In this document: positions 1 to 10,300 of the stretch, one piece after another
Numbering within the stretch: the first letter of the stretch is position 1
How the letters are laid out: each line of letters opens with the position of its first letter
Virus record (IMG/VR): IMGVR_UViG_3300009495_000011
Length of the DNA: 64,000 nt
Direction: 5' to 3' (one strand)
From: an uncultured virus (IMG/VR IMGVR_UViG_3300009495_000011)
Lineage: Duplodnaviria > Heunggongvirae > Uroviricota > Caudoviricetes
Program-made: the position numbers and the translations under genes
Notes under the pieces: generated by a model
Seen by the model: the letters and a program-made list of their open reading frames with translations, nothing else
What the model was told of the DNA's origin: nothing
Databases searched by the model: none

Positions 1-3000
1 CCGTATGCTAGATCGTTTGTACTTCCATCTAAACCAAAGTGTACAGCATAGTCACCGCCAATATGGAATGTCATAAATGCATCGTAACTATTAGCACCGT
101 TGCCTTGATATAACTGTAATGTGTTAACTTCGCCAGTGTTTTGAATTGTTGTTGCAGGAGCACTAATCTTAAATACACCACCACTAAATGCAGCACCAGT
201 ATCAACACGTAGGAAGCTGGATGCATGTAAGCCGTCTAGCAAGTCTGCGTTTAAGCCTGAGCCATCACCGTCATTAGCGTCAGTCCAAATTGCACCACCG
301 TTAATGTAACCAGTTGTAGCATTAAAGCTACCGCCAACATCTAAGTTGTAAGTACCGCTTGGATCTTTGTTAATACCAACCTTGCCGTCGCCTCTTGCAC
401 TTAGTACAATGTTACCATTAGTTTGACTTACGTCATTGTTAATGCGGAAGAATGTACTTGCAGCAGCATTGTTAGAGTTAGTATCAAGTCTTACGTTAAC
501 ATTGTTGTACGAGTTAATACTTAAACTATCGTTAGCTCCCCAAGTTTCGTTACGTGAACTAATACCATGGTTTACATAACCGCCGACTGCGCCGTAGTTG
601 CCGTCCCAGTCAAAGCTAATGCCGTGTACTTTTGAAAGTTCACCAGTTGTGCCACCGCTTGAAATAAAGCGTCTGTTAGTGTCAATTACTTCAATACCGC
701 CTACATTGTAACTGTTACCATCAATAGCACCAGTTAGTGTAAGTTCAGCAGCAACTAAGTTACCACCAACATACAAGTTCTTACCAAAACTACCGCCTCC
801 GTCTACACGTAGCGCACCTGTTGTAGTACTAACTGCTTGGTCAGCGGAGTTAACGTGCAAGTAACCACTTGATGCACCGATGTCAATAGCTGTTGCAGCG
901 CCACCAATATTAAGTGTTGTTGCAGTATCATTAACAAGATCAAATGTTGATTGATTTGTGCCTAAGCTAGTTGCTTGTGTAATAACATCTTTGTTTAGTC
1001 TAATAGCGTCTCCTGAGAAACTTGCAATTAGTTCACTACTTTGTATGCCACTACCAGAACCGATACTATTTGAACCGTAAATGTTAACTTTAGCACCTTG
1101 TCCCGAACCTGTACCGGCGCCTGGCGTTAGTTCTAATACCGAACCGTTAACGTTAAACTGTCCAGTAATAGGACCTTTAACACCAACCTTACCAATTTGC
1201 TGCGTACCTTGTGAACTTCTACCAAAGTCTAAGTTATGTGTATGATTGTCTGATCCGCTAATTTCTACACGATTTACTTGTGTATTTGAAGTACTGCCGC
1301 TTGATCCACTAGCACCAGTATCAATGAATACTGATCCTGCTACGCCACTACCTGTACTTGCGCCGCCTTGAATAGTTAAATCTGGACCTTGCTTGTTAGT
1401 ACCTAGTGAATTTGGTGCTTTAATTTTTGCATCAACTGGCTGTGTTTCTATTGAGTCACCGCCAACTACTAGAGTTGCATTTCGTACTCTTAGTTCACCA
1501 GTTTTATCTGCGCCAATAGTAACTGAAGTTGCAGCTCTACCAATGCTTAGTGATGTAACTGTAGTATCGTATACAGTTGCACTTGTTTTAGTAGTTTTAA
1601 TATCACCACCGTCAACATTTAAGTCACCGTCAATAGCTAAGTTACCTAATGAGTCTAGTACCATACGCTCTGCTAAGAAGCCTGCTGCCATTAAGTTAAA
1701 CTTAAAGCTAAAGTCTTCTGAACCAAATGTTACGTCTGATGCAACAGCGTCAATAGTGCCGCCAACTTCTCTGTTATTGTTAGCAGTTTCAACCTGGAAC
1801 TGCATACCAACACCAATGCCAACTGCTGGAGTATTTGTTACGTCATGTCGTATTTCTAGTGGTCTTGAAACACCGAAGTTATTAGTATCTTCAACAAACG
1901 GAGCAACGTCATTTGACCATGCTGGGTTCCCTAATTCATCAACAACCATAACAGCACCTTGACTACCAATTGGCAGTCTGTTTAGTGTTGTTGGAGATGT
2001 TGCATAAATCATATCCCCGGCAATATATTGATCTATCTGTGTACCGCCACGTGATACAGGAACTGGATTTAGTAAGTTTCCTGGATCTAGGAAGTATTGA
2101 CTATCTAGTCCGTCTAGTGTTCCTGCATCTAGTACTCCTGCTTTTAGTTCAACTTCACCTGAGTTTACGTTAAACTGTGCTTTACTAAATGCTGCAACAC
2201 CAAGGTTAGTGAAACTTTGGTTACCTAAAGTGCCATCAGTTCTGTCAATATCAAACTGTGTGTTCTTGAAGTAGAAGTTTTGACCGCCGCTTGTATAGAA
2301 GTTACCAGTTATGTTAAGCGGTGAATTAAGTGCTGTACGAACTGTACGTGTTGCATAATCCCAACTGCTGTCACCTTTTAAGTAAGTATCACTATTCGCT
2401 GTACCAACTGCTGCCAAACGTGATGTACTAATAACACCCGACACAATGTTTGATGCGTCTACGTTTGCACTACCAGTTAGTGCCCAGTTAGTTTCTACAT
2501 TACCTGATGTGTTAACTTCTCCGTAAATTGTAATATTTTGGTGAATAAAGTCTGCACTACCGCTACCAGTTTGAATAAAGTTAATAGCACCTTGAGTTAC
2601 TCCATTAACACTGTTTTCTGCGTCTTGCTGGAATTCGTGTACCGAGAATGTATTCTGACTTACTGTACCAGCATAGTAGTATCCGCCGCTTGCCATGCCA
2701 GTTGGAGGATTAGCTCCTACAAAACGGAATGCTTGTCCGTTAGTAAATCCGTGGTCCTGTGCATAAATGCGATCTTTACGTGTGTCAACATAGTTAATAA
2801 TAAACGCATGTGTGCCTGTAGAACTGGAAGTAAATATTACTTTATTTGCAGCATTTAAATCGTATCTGTTGTAAAGTTCAATAGTGTTTGCATCAACAAC
2901 TTTAACAAAGTAACTTTCACCTTGTATAAATCCGCCAATTGCTGGATTTGGTGAACTAGCATAGTTAACTACATCTCCGTTATCAAATATATGCGAATTA

Positions 3001-6000
3001 ATTGTTATTCGTGAAGTTGGATAATCAACATTACCGCCGTTGCCAATAGTGTCAGCATTAAATGCAGTAAGTGTTGTATTTCCTAACGGTACAGTAGTTA
3101 CTACTGCGTTGCCGTCTTCAGTATAATCATTTGAACTTGTTGTAGCAACAAACTTTCCTGCTAGCAACTCAACAAACACTCTATTATCAACTCCAAGTAT
3201 GCTAACCTGGAAGTCTTGTGTGTTCTGTCCGCCTAGTTGGTCAACTGTTGCAGTTAATGCATTACCAACAGCATATCCGCTGCCGCCTCTTGTAAGGTCA
3301 ACGTTTGTAACTTTGCCGTTGGTTACACTAATGTCTGCAATAGCACCTGTGCCTGTTCCGCTAACATTTGAAAGTACAACACCTTTATATGTTTGTGAAC
3401 CAGTTGATGGAACATATCCATTACCTGTACTAATATTTCCAAGATCAAGTGCCAATGCAACACCTTCAACTTGACCGGTAATTACACCTTGTGTCTTTGA
3501 ATTAGCTGCTGTAATGGTTTGTCCATTAACAAAAGCTGCGCCTGATGGTAAGTATCTTAGGAACTGACTCGACGAGTCTTGTACCATTGTGTACTGAATG
3601 TCTCGTACTTCACTTGAACCAGTATTAGTAATATATGTAGTAGTGTTACTTCCTCTTACATTAAGTACGTTTCCGCTAATATTATTACTAAACGTTCCTT
3701 CGATGTTAGCAAGATAAACAGTAGCCGCGCCGCCGTTGTCTTCATCAACAATAGCAGTTGCTCCAGTGTTTAATTCAATAATAACATCGTCTTCATTCAA
3801 TGCTATTGGCGCACTTAATGTAAAGAATGTACGTGAGTAACGTTCTTGTGCAATATCGCCTTGTAGCGGTTCCTGCGCAGGAATATCATCAGTTAGGTTA
3901 AATCTACCAAACTTCTTATCTGTTGTGAACAAACTAAAGTTACGTGTTGCTGGAATAATATCCGAGTTTAACAAGCCTTGTGCGTTCATCTGCGGAACAG
4001 CACCACTAACTGAGTTAGTAGATACGTTCTTGTCAATGAAGTCACCTAGTCTGTTTGCTAAGAAGCTACGTGCTGCATTCTGCGTAATCAAACGTGTATC
4101 TGTAGCACCACCTGGTTCGTTGTCGCCTAGTCCTGGATCAGTTGAAATTGCTTCAATAACAACATCCGAAACTGCAAGTTTCAGTGCTGAAAGTTCACCA
4201 ACTGTAACTGTGTTTTTAAATGTAATGTTACCAGTTCTGTTTTCTGCAACAATGAAGTCACCAACTTTAAAGTCACCAAGTTCGTTAGTACCTGAAGAGT
4301 AAACTCGTCCTGGTAAGTCACTAAACTGTTCAAATTCTTCTCTTGTAATACCGCCGTTCTGTGGTAGAGCGTTATAGTCTGTACCTGAACCTGCATATTC
4401 CCAAGTGTGTGACGAACTGTTAACAATTGAAGGTCTATGCAAGCGAATAAATGTTCCTTTTAACGCACCTGTATTAGTTAGTACGCCACCTACAATAGTC
4501 GGATCAATTGTAAACTCTGCTGTAAATAAGTCTGTTCTAGAAGTAAATCCTGTTACAGGTATATTACTTTGCGGAATAGCACTACTATCTCTATCAATAA
4601 TCGAAGTTGCATCAAAGAAGATTCTTGTTAGTGAACCTGAATTGTCTGCTTTCTCAACTGATACAGTTAGCTGTCTTGTTGCAGCTTCGTAGGTATAAAC
4701 AAACGCCTTGTTTCTATAAACCCCAGTTGTTGCTTCAATAGTGTCACCTGGTTCAAAGTTATATGTTCCTGGTGCAAGTGTTAACACCTGATACTTGTTG
4801 TGTGTTAGTTTATTGCTATCTGCATCAAGAATGATATCATCGATAAAGAATTCTTCAGTCTGTGTTTCGAAATAATGTTGTCCTGTTGATACGTCAATAA
4901 TATCTGCAACGAATCCTCTTGAGTCATCTTGATATAGTCTAATAATATCATCAGTTAGAACCTCGACATAATACAAACCTTGGTCTGCAAAGCCGTTAAT
5001 TTCAATATTACCGTTTCTGCGATATGTTAATGCATCTCCTGTTACTAAGCCGTGTCCCGGAATAGTAATAGTATTGTCTTCAAGACTTAGTGAACCTTCT
5101 TCGTTTACAGGGTAGTTAGTTCCGTCAAAAGTCAATGTAGTAAGTGTTACTATGTCACCAATATTCGGTAAAGTAGTTACTTCAATTTCTAAAGCACCGT
5201 TTGTATTATTATACGAAGCTGACAATACTGCTGCTGGATTAAATGCACCGTTTATGTCAACTGTGCCGCCTTCGACCCAAGATCCTAAGTTTTTGCCAGA
5301 TCCTATTTGTACTGTAAATGTAGTTGACCCTACTGCTACAACTTCGTAGTTTGCAGCATCGCCATATAATTCTCCAAGTTCGCCTGCATTAAAGTAAACA
5401 ATATTTGGAATAGTTTTAAAGCTGTTTGTAATATCGTTTGCTAAGTTATTGTACTCGTCATCGTCGTACAATCTAATAACGAATTGGTTAACTGGAGTAC
5501 GCTTAGTACCAACTGTGATAAGTTTTTGCTGCGATGCTTGGGCGCCGACTTCTGCAATAACACCACGGTCAAACACAAAGCTGTTTGCAGAGTAACCTGA
5601 CGAACGTAGTGCGTATAGACCAAAGTTAGTAGCAGAGTTAGTAACAGAAAGGTAAGCACCTGACTGACACCAGCAACCATTTCCAAGGAAAATTTGGAAA
5701 CACGAAACGATCTGTGCGTATGCATCGTTAGTTAAGCGCCAGCCAATACCACCAAATGATAGCATAGTATATGCGTTAGCAACCATTGACTTACCTTGTT
5801 CAGGTGTTTCACCAAATACTGGATTTTCAGCTTCGATAGCAAAACGCGGTACGTTCGGTGTAATAACTTTTGAACCGTCTACTAAACAACCGCTTAGACC
5901 TAAGAACGAAATAATAGATACGTTTTGTATGTATGGCGACTGTGTAATAAGCGGACGATCTCTTAGTCCTATATAACCAGTACGATCAACACCTGTGTCA

Positions 6001-9000
6001 AACGGATCGTCAAACGCAGTACAATATCTACCTGTAAAGCTAGGTACGTTAAATGCATCTAGTCCATCTTTAAATGTAACACCTAACAAATAAGCACCGT
6101 TACGAATACGGAAAATATCTTGGTTAGCATTTAGCGGACGAATAATAGTTGTACGCAAGTTATCGCCAACAATAGATACATAGTCTGGAATAATAACTGG
6201 GTTGTCTTCTTTATATTCACCAGTTGACACCATAATAGTTGTGTAACTGATATTAAATGCGCCTTCAACTTCTGTAGGAATGTTAGGCGATGTAGGACCA
6301 TTTTCAATAATATCAACAATAGTATTAAATTCCGCTTCAACAATTCCTAGTGTTGTGCCGTCAACTATCTTAGTTGGGTCAGTAATTTGACCAGTAACAT
6401 TTTGATAAAGTTTCTTGTTAACAATGTTTTGTAATATGTTGTCTACTAATGACTGGAAGTATCTATTAGCAAGAACTGTTTGGAATTCTTGTCCCGGAAT
6501 AACAATAGTATTACCAATATAGTATGATTTACCTGCTTCAATAGCACGTTCGTTACCACCAAAGATCAAATCATATTGTATTGCATCAATAAACAAGCCA
6601 ACATCTCTGTAACAGAAATCAGTGTCATAAGTGAAGTTTGTAAAGTAAGTATTAATGTAACTTACTACTTCAGCTTGAATAAACGATCTGTTTAGTGCAA
6701 TCAAATCTGCTGCGTTTTGTACAGCTATGTTTGAATTTGGAACAATTCCGTTTCCAAAGATAGTAACACCTGCAGTTGCACTTGCTCCGTCAATAACAAT
6801 GTCTTCGATTAGTGCGCCAAGTTCTGCAATCTTAGTAATTGCTTCTGCGCTGCCTGGATTTAAATTGTCAGTTACTTGTGCAGCAGTATTTTGGAAACTT
6901 ACTACTGGATAGTTTTCAACTACCTGCTGTGCTAATCTAATAGCATGCATGATACCGTCAATAGTTTGTACTAACTGACGCTGTAGTGTTAGCTGACTGC
7001 TTTGTTTAAAGTATGCAATACCAGCAGCAACAGCATTAGATGTTCCGCCCCATGTTAAGTCAAAGTTAATTGCATCTAGAATTAAACCAACATCGCGACT
7101 GCAAGTTGTTTGATTATAGTTACTTGAGAAGTTAATCCAACTTCCGTCAACATAAGCAACTACTTCTTTTTGTATGAATAGTTTGTTCGAAGCAATCAAT
7201 GCGCCTGCATCAAGTATGTCTTGATCAGTTGTTAATGCGCCGTTTGCTGTAATGTTAATATAAGGACTTAGTCCATCGTCAACAATATCAATAACAATAT
7301 CAGCTAGTGTTCCTACTGTGTTTGCACTTGTTACATCACCTGGGTTTGCACCGTCAAATACTTGAGGTGTTGCACTATATGTAACGTCAACTGTTACGTT
7401 ACGAACAACTTTTTGTGCAAGTTCTTTTAGATGCACTAGGCCTGCTAAAGTTTCTGTACTTTGTCCAGTGACTACAAGTGCTGCTGCTTGTCTATAGTAT
7501 GCTGTACCTGCTGCAATACTATTTGTATTACCGCCGTGTGTTAAGTCATACGCAATAGCATCAACAATTAATTCAACGTCTCTGCGACATGAAGCTTGGT
7601 CATATGTTAGTCCAGGATATTGATTATTAATATACCCAAGTACTTCTTCTTGCAAAAATGCAGTGTTTGCTTGCAACAATGCTTCAGTGTTTAACGCACC
7701 AATTCCGGTAGTTTTTGTAAAGCTGTTAGTTGTACCTAACCCATTCTTAAGAATAGTTAATATAGTATTAGCACGATTAAAAACTGTTTGTGCTACACTT
7801 GTTGTGCTTGGATTTGTGCCGTCGAATGTTTGCGTTGTTCCACTTTGGTAAAGATTTGATACTGCATTTTGTAATACAACGTTTGCAAGCAAATCTCTAG
7901 CATATTCTACAGCGTCTAATGTAGGCTGTAGTTGCTTTCTTAGAACTTCAATAGCATCGCCTGTGATTTCCCCAGTGCCAGTTGTTACATTGTTGTAATA
8001 ACTTATCCCTGCAAAAATACTTTCAGCATCGCCACCGTGTTCAATATCAAACTTAACTGCATCAACAATTAAGCCAACATCTCTTTCACATGCAACTGGA
8101 TCGTAATTAAAGTTGCCAAAGTTTTCTTCAATAAACGCTACAACTTCAGCTTGAATAAATTCTTTGTTTGCTGCAAGAATTGCATTAGCATTTACTGTAT
8201 CTTGAACTGCACTTGGTACAGAGTTATTAGGATCAATGTCTAGGCCAATAGTAGTACTATCGCCATCTGTGATGATATCGTCAATTAAGCTGCCTAATCC
8301 AGTAAGTATAGTTTGTGAAGTTGCATCGCCTGGATTGCCTGCGTCTTTAAACTGTGCAAATATACCTTGATAACTAGTAGCAGGATCTTGGTTAACAATA
8401 ACAAGTTTAGCAAGATCAATTGCATATGTAATTCCTGCTCTTGTTTCTGCCAATTGCAAGTTAACTGCATCTTTTGCAGTCCACTGGTAATACGCTAGTG
8501 CTGCTTGAATACTTTCATTGTTACCGCCATGTGTTAAGTCGTAACTAATAGCATCTAAAATATATCCTACATCTCTACGACACTTGTTCTGATCGTATGA
8601 AAAGCCTGGATAAGTTGTAGTTAAGTATCCAATAACTTCTTCTTTAATAAAGTCTTGGTTTTGATCAATAAGTGTTTCTGAATTTAACTTGCCTGCATCA
8701 GTCGTTACTACTCCGTTAGCAGTACCAATACCGTTGTTTAGGATTGAATAAACTTTGCTAATGTTATTAAAGACTGTTGTTGCTTCAGTTTGCGTACCAG
8801 GAGTTAATTCAGTGTTTTGTGCCACTGTTGTTTGATACAAGTAATCAACTTGCTGGCCTAATACAACTTTTTCTGCTAGAGATCTAGCATAGTCAATGCC
8901 TGCAAGTGTTTCTTGTTTTTGATCCGAACGTACTAAAGATGCTGTTGCATTTAAGTAAGTTATACCTGCATAATGAGATTCTGCATTACCACTGTATAGT

Positions 9001-10232
9001 AAGTCAAAATTTGCAGCGTCAACAATATACCCAGTATCTCGAGAACATTTAGCTGCATCAAAACTAAATCCGCTGTACTTATTATTTAAGAAAGCAATAA
9101 CTTCGTTTTGAATAAAGGTTTTGTTGTTGTCAATTAATGTTTCAGCATTTAGTAGACCAACATCTTGTGTTTGAGTTTCGTTAGGAGCTTCGCCAACGCC
9201 GTTGTCGTAAAAGTCGACAACTTTTTGTCCTAGTGATTCAACTGTTGCTGCTTCGCTTGCTGTTGCAGTTTTTGTACCGTCAAATTGCTGCGCTACTGCT
9301 ACTTGTGTTGTATCAATAATAGGCGTGTTAGTAACAACTGATTTAGCAAGATCTCTAGCACGTTGTAAACCGTATGATGTAGCAACATCTTGAGCTTGTT
9401 TAACTAGTGCAGAACTTTCTAATGAATATGCTGCACCTGCGTGTGAGGTAGCTGCATCGCCGCCAAAGCGCAAGTCATTTTCAATTGCATCAATAATTAA
9501 GCCAACATCTCGTTCACACTTAGCTTGATCATAAGTAATGTTAAATGCTTTAGTACTAAAGTTTAGAACTTCTGTTTGCAAGAAAGTTCTGTTTACTTCT
9601 AATAAGTCTTTAGCTGCATATGCACTTTCACCTGGATCAACAACTGGTGTAAAAATACCGTCGGATGCAATTTGTGCAGCACGTTTAATTGTTTTAACAG
9701 CGCCTGTGCGTCCGTCATTTGTATCGTCACCGTACTCTGCACTTACGTAAACTCTGTTACCACCTAAGGAGCCTGGGTCACTCCATTTAGTTTGGCCAAA
9801 GCCTAGATTCTGTAAAATTTGTCCTTTGCGAGCATCGGTATCTGGAAGTATAATATCATAAGACTCTTCCAATTCTGGCGGTGCTTTAATATTAACTGAA
9901 CTACTACCAAATTGTCCAAGTTCTTTTAATTTAATCGATCCTTGATCATCAATTTCTAAATCATCGGATACATAAACCTTTGTACCGTCTACACGTAATT
10001 TTTCAATGCCGTCGACTTCCATTGTAACAACGCCATTTCCTTGGTCGTTTACTACAACTCGTGTGTCACCTTTTTCAATTTGTTGTGTTACATCTTTAAT
10101 ACTGCCGTCGGACTGTTTAATAAACATTTTACCATCAGCAGTGTTAATAGCAATTTCGCCTAGGTCTAATTGCTCTGCAAGAGGCTCTTGTCCGCTAACA
10201 TTATTTCGTTTGTGTAATATTTTATTTGCCAT
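1..10232 (-). CDS. Giant tail fibre / virion structural protein (>3410 aa, 3' end outside window; not in ORF track)
   Basis: ATG at 10232 gives MANKILHKRNNVSGQEPLAEQLDLGEIAINTADGKMFIK, a typical T4-like fibre N-terminus. The same frame is protein-like at every spot-check down to base 3 (GSGLNADLLDGLHASSFLR and AFMTFHIGGDYAVHFGLDGSTNDLAY, gp34-like motifs). ATAAATA box upstream. Not every codon was checked for stops. Confidence 0.88.
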   Translation of the reverse strand, partial: MANKILHKRNNVSGQEPLAEQLDLGEIAINTADGKMFIKQSDGSIKDVTQQIEKGDTRVVVNDQGNGVVTMEVDGIEKLRVDGTKVYVSDDLEIDDQGSIKLKELGQFGSSSVNIKAPPELEESYDIILPDTDARKGQILQNLGFGQTKWSDPGSLGGNRVYVSAEYGDDTNDGRTGAVKTIKRAAQIASDGIFTPVVDPGESAYAAKDLLEVNRTFLQTEVLNFSTKAFNITYDQAKCERDVGLIIDAIENDLRFGGDAATSHAGAAYSLESSALVKQAQDVATSYGLQRARDLAKSVVTNTPIIDTTQVAVAQQFDGTKTATASEAATVESLGQKVVDFYDNGVGEAPNETQTQDVGLLNAETLIDNNKTFIQNEVIAFLNNKYSGFSFDAAKCSRDTGYIVDAANFDLLYSGNAESHYAGITYLNATASLVRSDQKQETLAGIDYARSLAEKVVLGQQVDYLYQTTVAQNTELTPGTQTEATTVFNNISKVYSILNNGIGTANGVVTTDAGKLNSETLIDQNQDFIKEEVIGYLTTTYPGFSYDQNKCRRDVGYILDAISYDLTHGGNNESIQAALAYYQWTAKDAVNLQLAETRAGITYAIDLAKLVIVNQDPATSYQGIFAQFKDAGNPGDATSQTILTGLGSLIDDIITDGDSTTIGLDIDPNNSVPSAVQDTVNANAILAANKEFIQAEVVAFIEENFGNFNYDPVACERDVGLIVDAVKFDIEHGGDAESIFAGISYYNNVTTGTGEITGDAIEVLRKQLQPTLDAVEYARDLLANVVLQNAVSNLYQSGTTQTFDGTNPSTTSVAQTVFNRANTILTILKNGLGTTNSFTKTTGIGALNTEALLQANTAFLQEEVLGYINNQYPGLTYDQASCRRDVELIVDAIAYDLTHGGNTNSIAAGTAYYRQAAALVVTGQSTETLAGLVHLKELAQKVVRNVTVDVTYSATPQVFDGANPGDVTSANTVGTLADIVIDIVDDGLSPYINITANGALTTDQDILDAGALIASNKLFIQKEVVAYVDGSWINFSSNYNQTTCSRDVGLILDAINFDLTWGGTSNAVAAGIAYFKQSSQLTLQRQLVQTIDGIMHAIRLAQQVVENYPVVSFQNTAAQVTDNLNPGSAEAITKIAELGALIEDIVIDGASATAGVTIFGNGIVPNSNIAVQNAADLIALNRSFIQAEVVSYINTYFTNFTYDTDFCYRDVGLFIDAIQYDLIFGGNERAIEAGKSYYIGNTIVIPGQEFQTVLANRYFQSLVDNILQNIVNKKLYQNVTGQITDPTKIVDGTTLGIVEAEFNTIVDIIENGPTSPNIPTEVEGAFNISYTTIMVSTGEYKEDNPVIIPDYVSIVGDNLRTTIIRPLNANQDIFRIRNGAYLLGVTFKDGLDAFNVPSFTGRYCTAFDDPFDTGVDRTGYIGLRDRPLITQSPYIQNVSIISFLGLSGCLVDGSKVITPNVPRFAIEAENPVFGETPEQGKSMVANAYTMLSFGGIGWRLTNDAYAQIVSCFQIFLGNGCWCQSGAYLSVTNSATNFGLYALRSSGYSANSFVFDRGVIAEVGAQASQQKLITVGTKRTPVNQFVIRLYDDDEYNNLANDITNSFKTIPNIVYFNAGELGELYGDAANYEVVAVGSTTFTVQIGSGKNLGSWVEGGTVDINGAFNPAAVLSASYNNTNGALEIEVTTLPNIGDIVTLTTLTFDGTNYPVNEEGSLSLEDNTITIPGHGLVTGDALTYRRNGNIEINGFADQGLYYVEVLTDDIIRLYQDDSRGFVADIIDVSTGQHYFETQTEEFFIDDIILDADSNKLTHNKYQVLTLAPGTYNFEPGDTIEATTGVYRNKAFVYTYEAATRQLTVSVEKADNSGSLTRIFFDATSIIDRDSSAIPQSNIPVTGFTSRTDLFTAEFTIDPTIVGGVLTNTGALKGTFIRLHRPSIVNSSSHTWEYAGSGTDYNALPQNGGITREEFEQFSDLPGRVYSSGTNELGDFKVGDFIVAENRTGNITFKNTVTVGELSALKLAVSDVVIEAISTDPGLGDNEPGGATDTRLITQNAARSFLANRLGDFIDKNVSTNSVSGAVPQMNAQGLLNSDIIPATRNFSLFTTDKKFGRFNLTDDIPAQEPLQGDIAQERYSRTFFTLSAPIALNEDDVIIELNTGATAIVDEDNGGAATVYLANIEGTFSNNISGNVLNVRGSNTTTYITNTGSSEVRDIQYTMVQDSSSQFLRYLPSGAAFVNGQTITAANSKTQGVITGQVEGVALALDLGNISTGNGYVPSTGSQTYKGVVLSNVSGTGTGAIADISVTNGKVTNVDLTRGGSGYAVGNALTATVDQLGGQNTQDFQVSILGVDNRVFVELLAGKFVATTSSNDYTEDGNAVVTTVPLGNTTLTAFNADTIGNGGNVDYPTSRITINSHIFDNGDVVNYASSPNPAIGGFIQGESYFVKVVDANTIELYNRYDLNAANKVIFTSSSTGTHAFIINYVDTRKDRIYAQDHGFTNGQAFRFVGANPPTGMASGGYYYAGTVSQNTFSVHEFQQDAENSVNGVTQGAINFIQTGSGSADFIHQNITIYGEVNTSGNVETNWALTGSANVDASNIVSGVISTSRLAAVGTANSDTYLKGDSSWDYATRTVRTALNSPLNITGNFYTSGGQNFYFKNTQFDIDRTDGTLGNQSFTNLGVAAFSKAQFNVNSGEVELKAGVLDAGTLDGLDSQYFLDPGNLLNPVPVSRGGTQIDQYIAGDMIYATSPTTLNRLPIGSQGAVMVVDELGNPAWSNDVAPFVEDTNNFGVSRPLEIRHDVTNTPAVGIGVGMQFQVETANNNREVGGTIDAVASDVTFGSEDFSFKFNLMAAGFLAERMVLDSLGNLAIDGDLNVDGGDIKTTKTSATVYDTTVTSLSIGRAATSVTIGADKTGELRVRNATLVVGGDSIETQPVDAKIKAPNSLGTNKQGPDLTIQGGASTGSGVAGSVFIDTGASGSSGSTSNTQVNRVEISGSDNHTHNLDFGRSSQGTQQIGKVGVKGPITGQFNVNGSVLELTPGAGTGSGQGAKVNIYGSNSIGSGSGIQSSELIASFSGDAIRLNKDVITQATSLGTNQSTFDLVNDTATTLNIGGAATAIDIGASSGYLHVNSADQAVSTTTGALRVDGGGSFGKNLYVGGNLVAAELTLTGAIDGNSYNVGGIEVIDTNRRFISSGGTTGELSKVHGISFDWDGNYGAVGGYVNHGISSRNETWGANDSLSINSYNNVNVRLDTNSNNAAASTFFRINNDVSQTNGNIVLSARGDGKVGINKDPSGTYNLDVGGSFNATTGYINGGAIWTDANDGDGSGLNADLLDGLHASSFLRVDTGAAFSGGVFKISAPATTIQNTGEVNTLQLYQGNGANSYDAFMTFHIGGDYAVHFGLDGSTNDLAY
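6550..9530 (-). repeat. Seven tandem ~155-167-aa helical protein repeats, core motif C-x-R-D-(V/T)-G-x-x-x-D-A-x-x-x-D-L-x-x-G-G
   Basis: In-frame Cys codons at 9516, 9045, 8580, 8088, 7587, 7101 and 6612, e.g. KCERDVGLIIDAIENDLRFGGD, KCRRDVGYILDAISYDLTHGGN, FCYRDVGLFIDAIQYDLIFGGN. Confidence 0.9.
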
Positions 10233-10269
10233 TATTGGTTACTTCCCAGTTACGATATTCTTGTATATG

Positions 10270-10276
10270 TATTTAT
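10270..10276 (-). promoter_or_regulatory. T4-type late promoter (ATAAATA) for the giant fibre gene
   Basis: Intergenic ATAAATA ~38 nt upstream of ATG 10232; the motif recurs before most structural genes and a gp55-like sigma is encoded in the window. Confidence 0.7.
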
Positions 10277-10300
10277 TTCTTTGAGAAGGATACGGATTTT

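Noticed and set aside
1393..10284. Many short plus-strand ORFs and off-frame minus-strand ORFs in the ORF track
   Set aside because: They are shadows of the single giant minus-strand gene, which the track omits because it has no stop inside the window.
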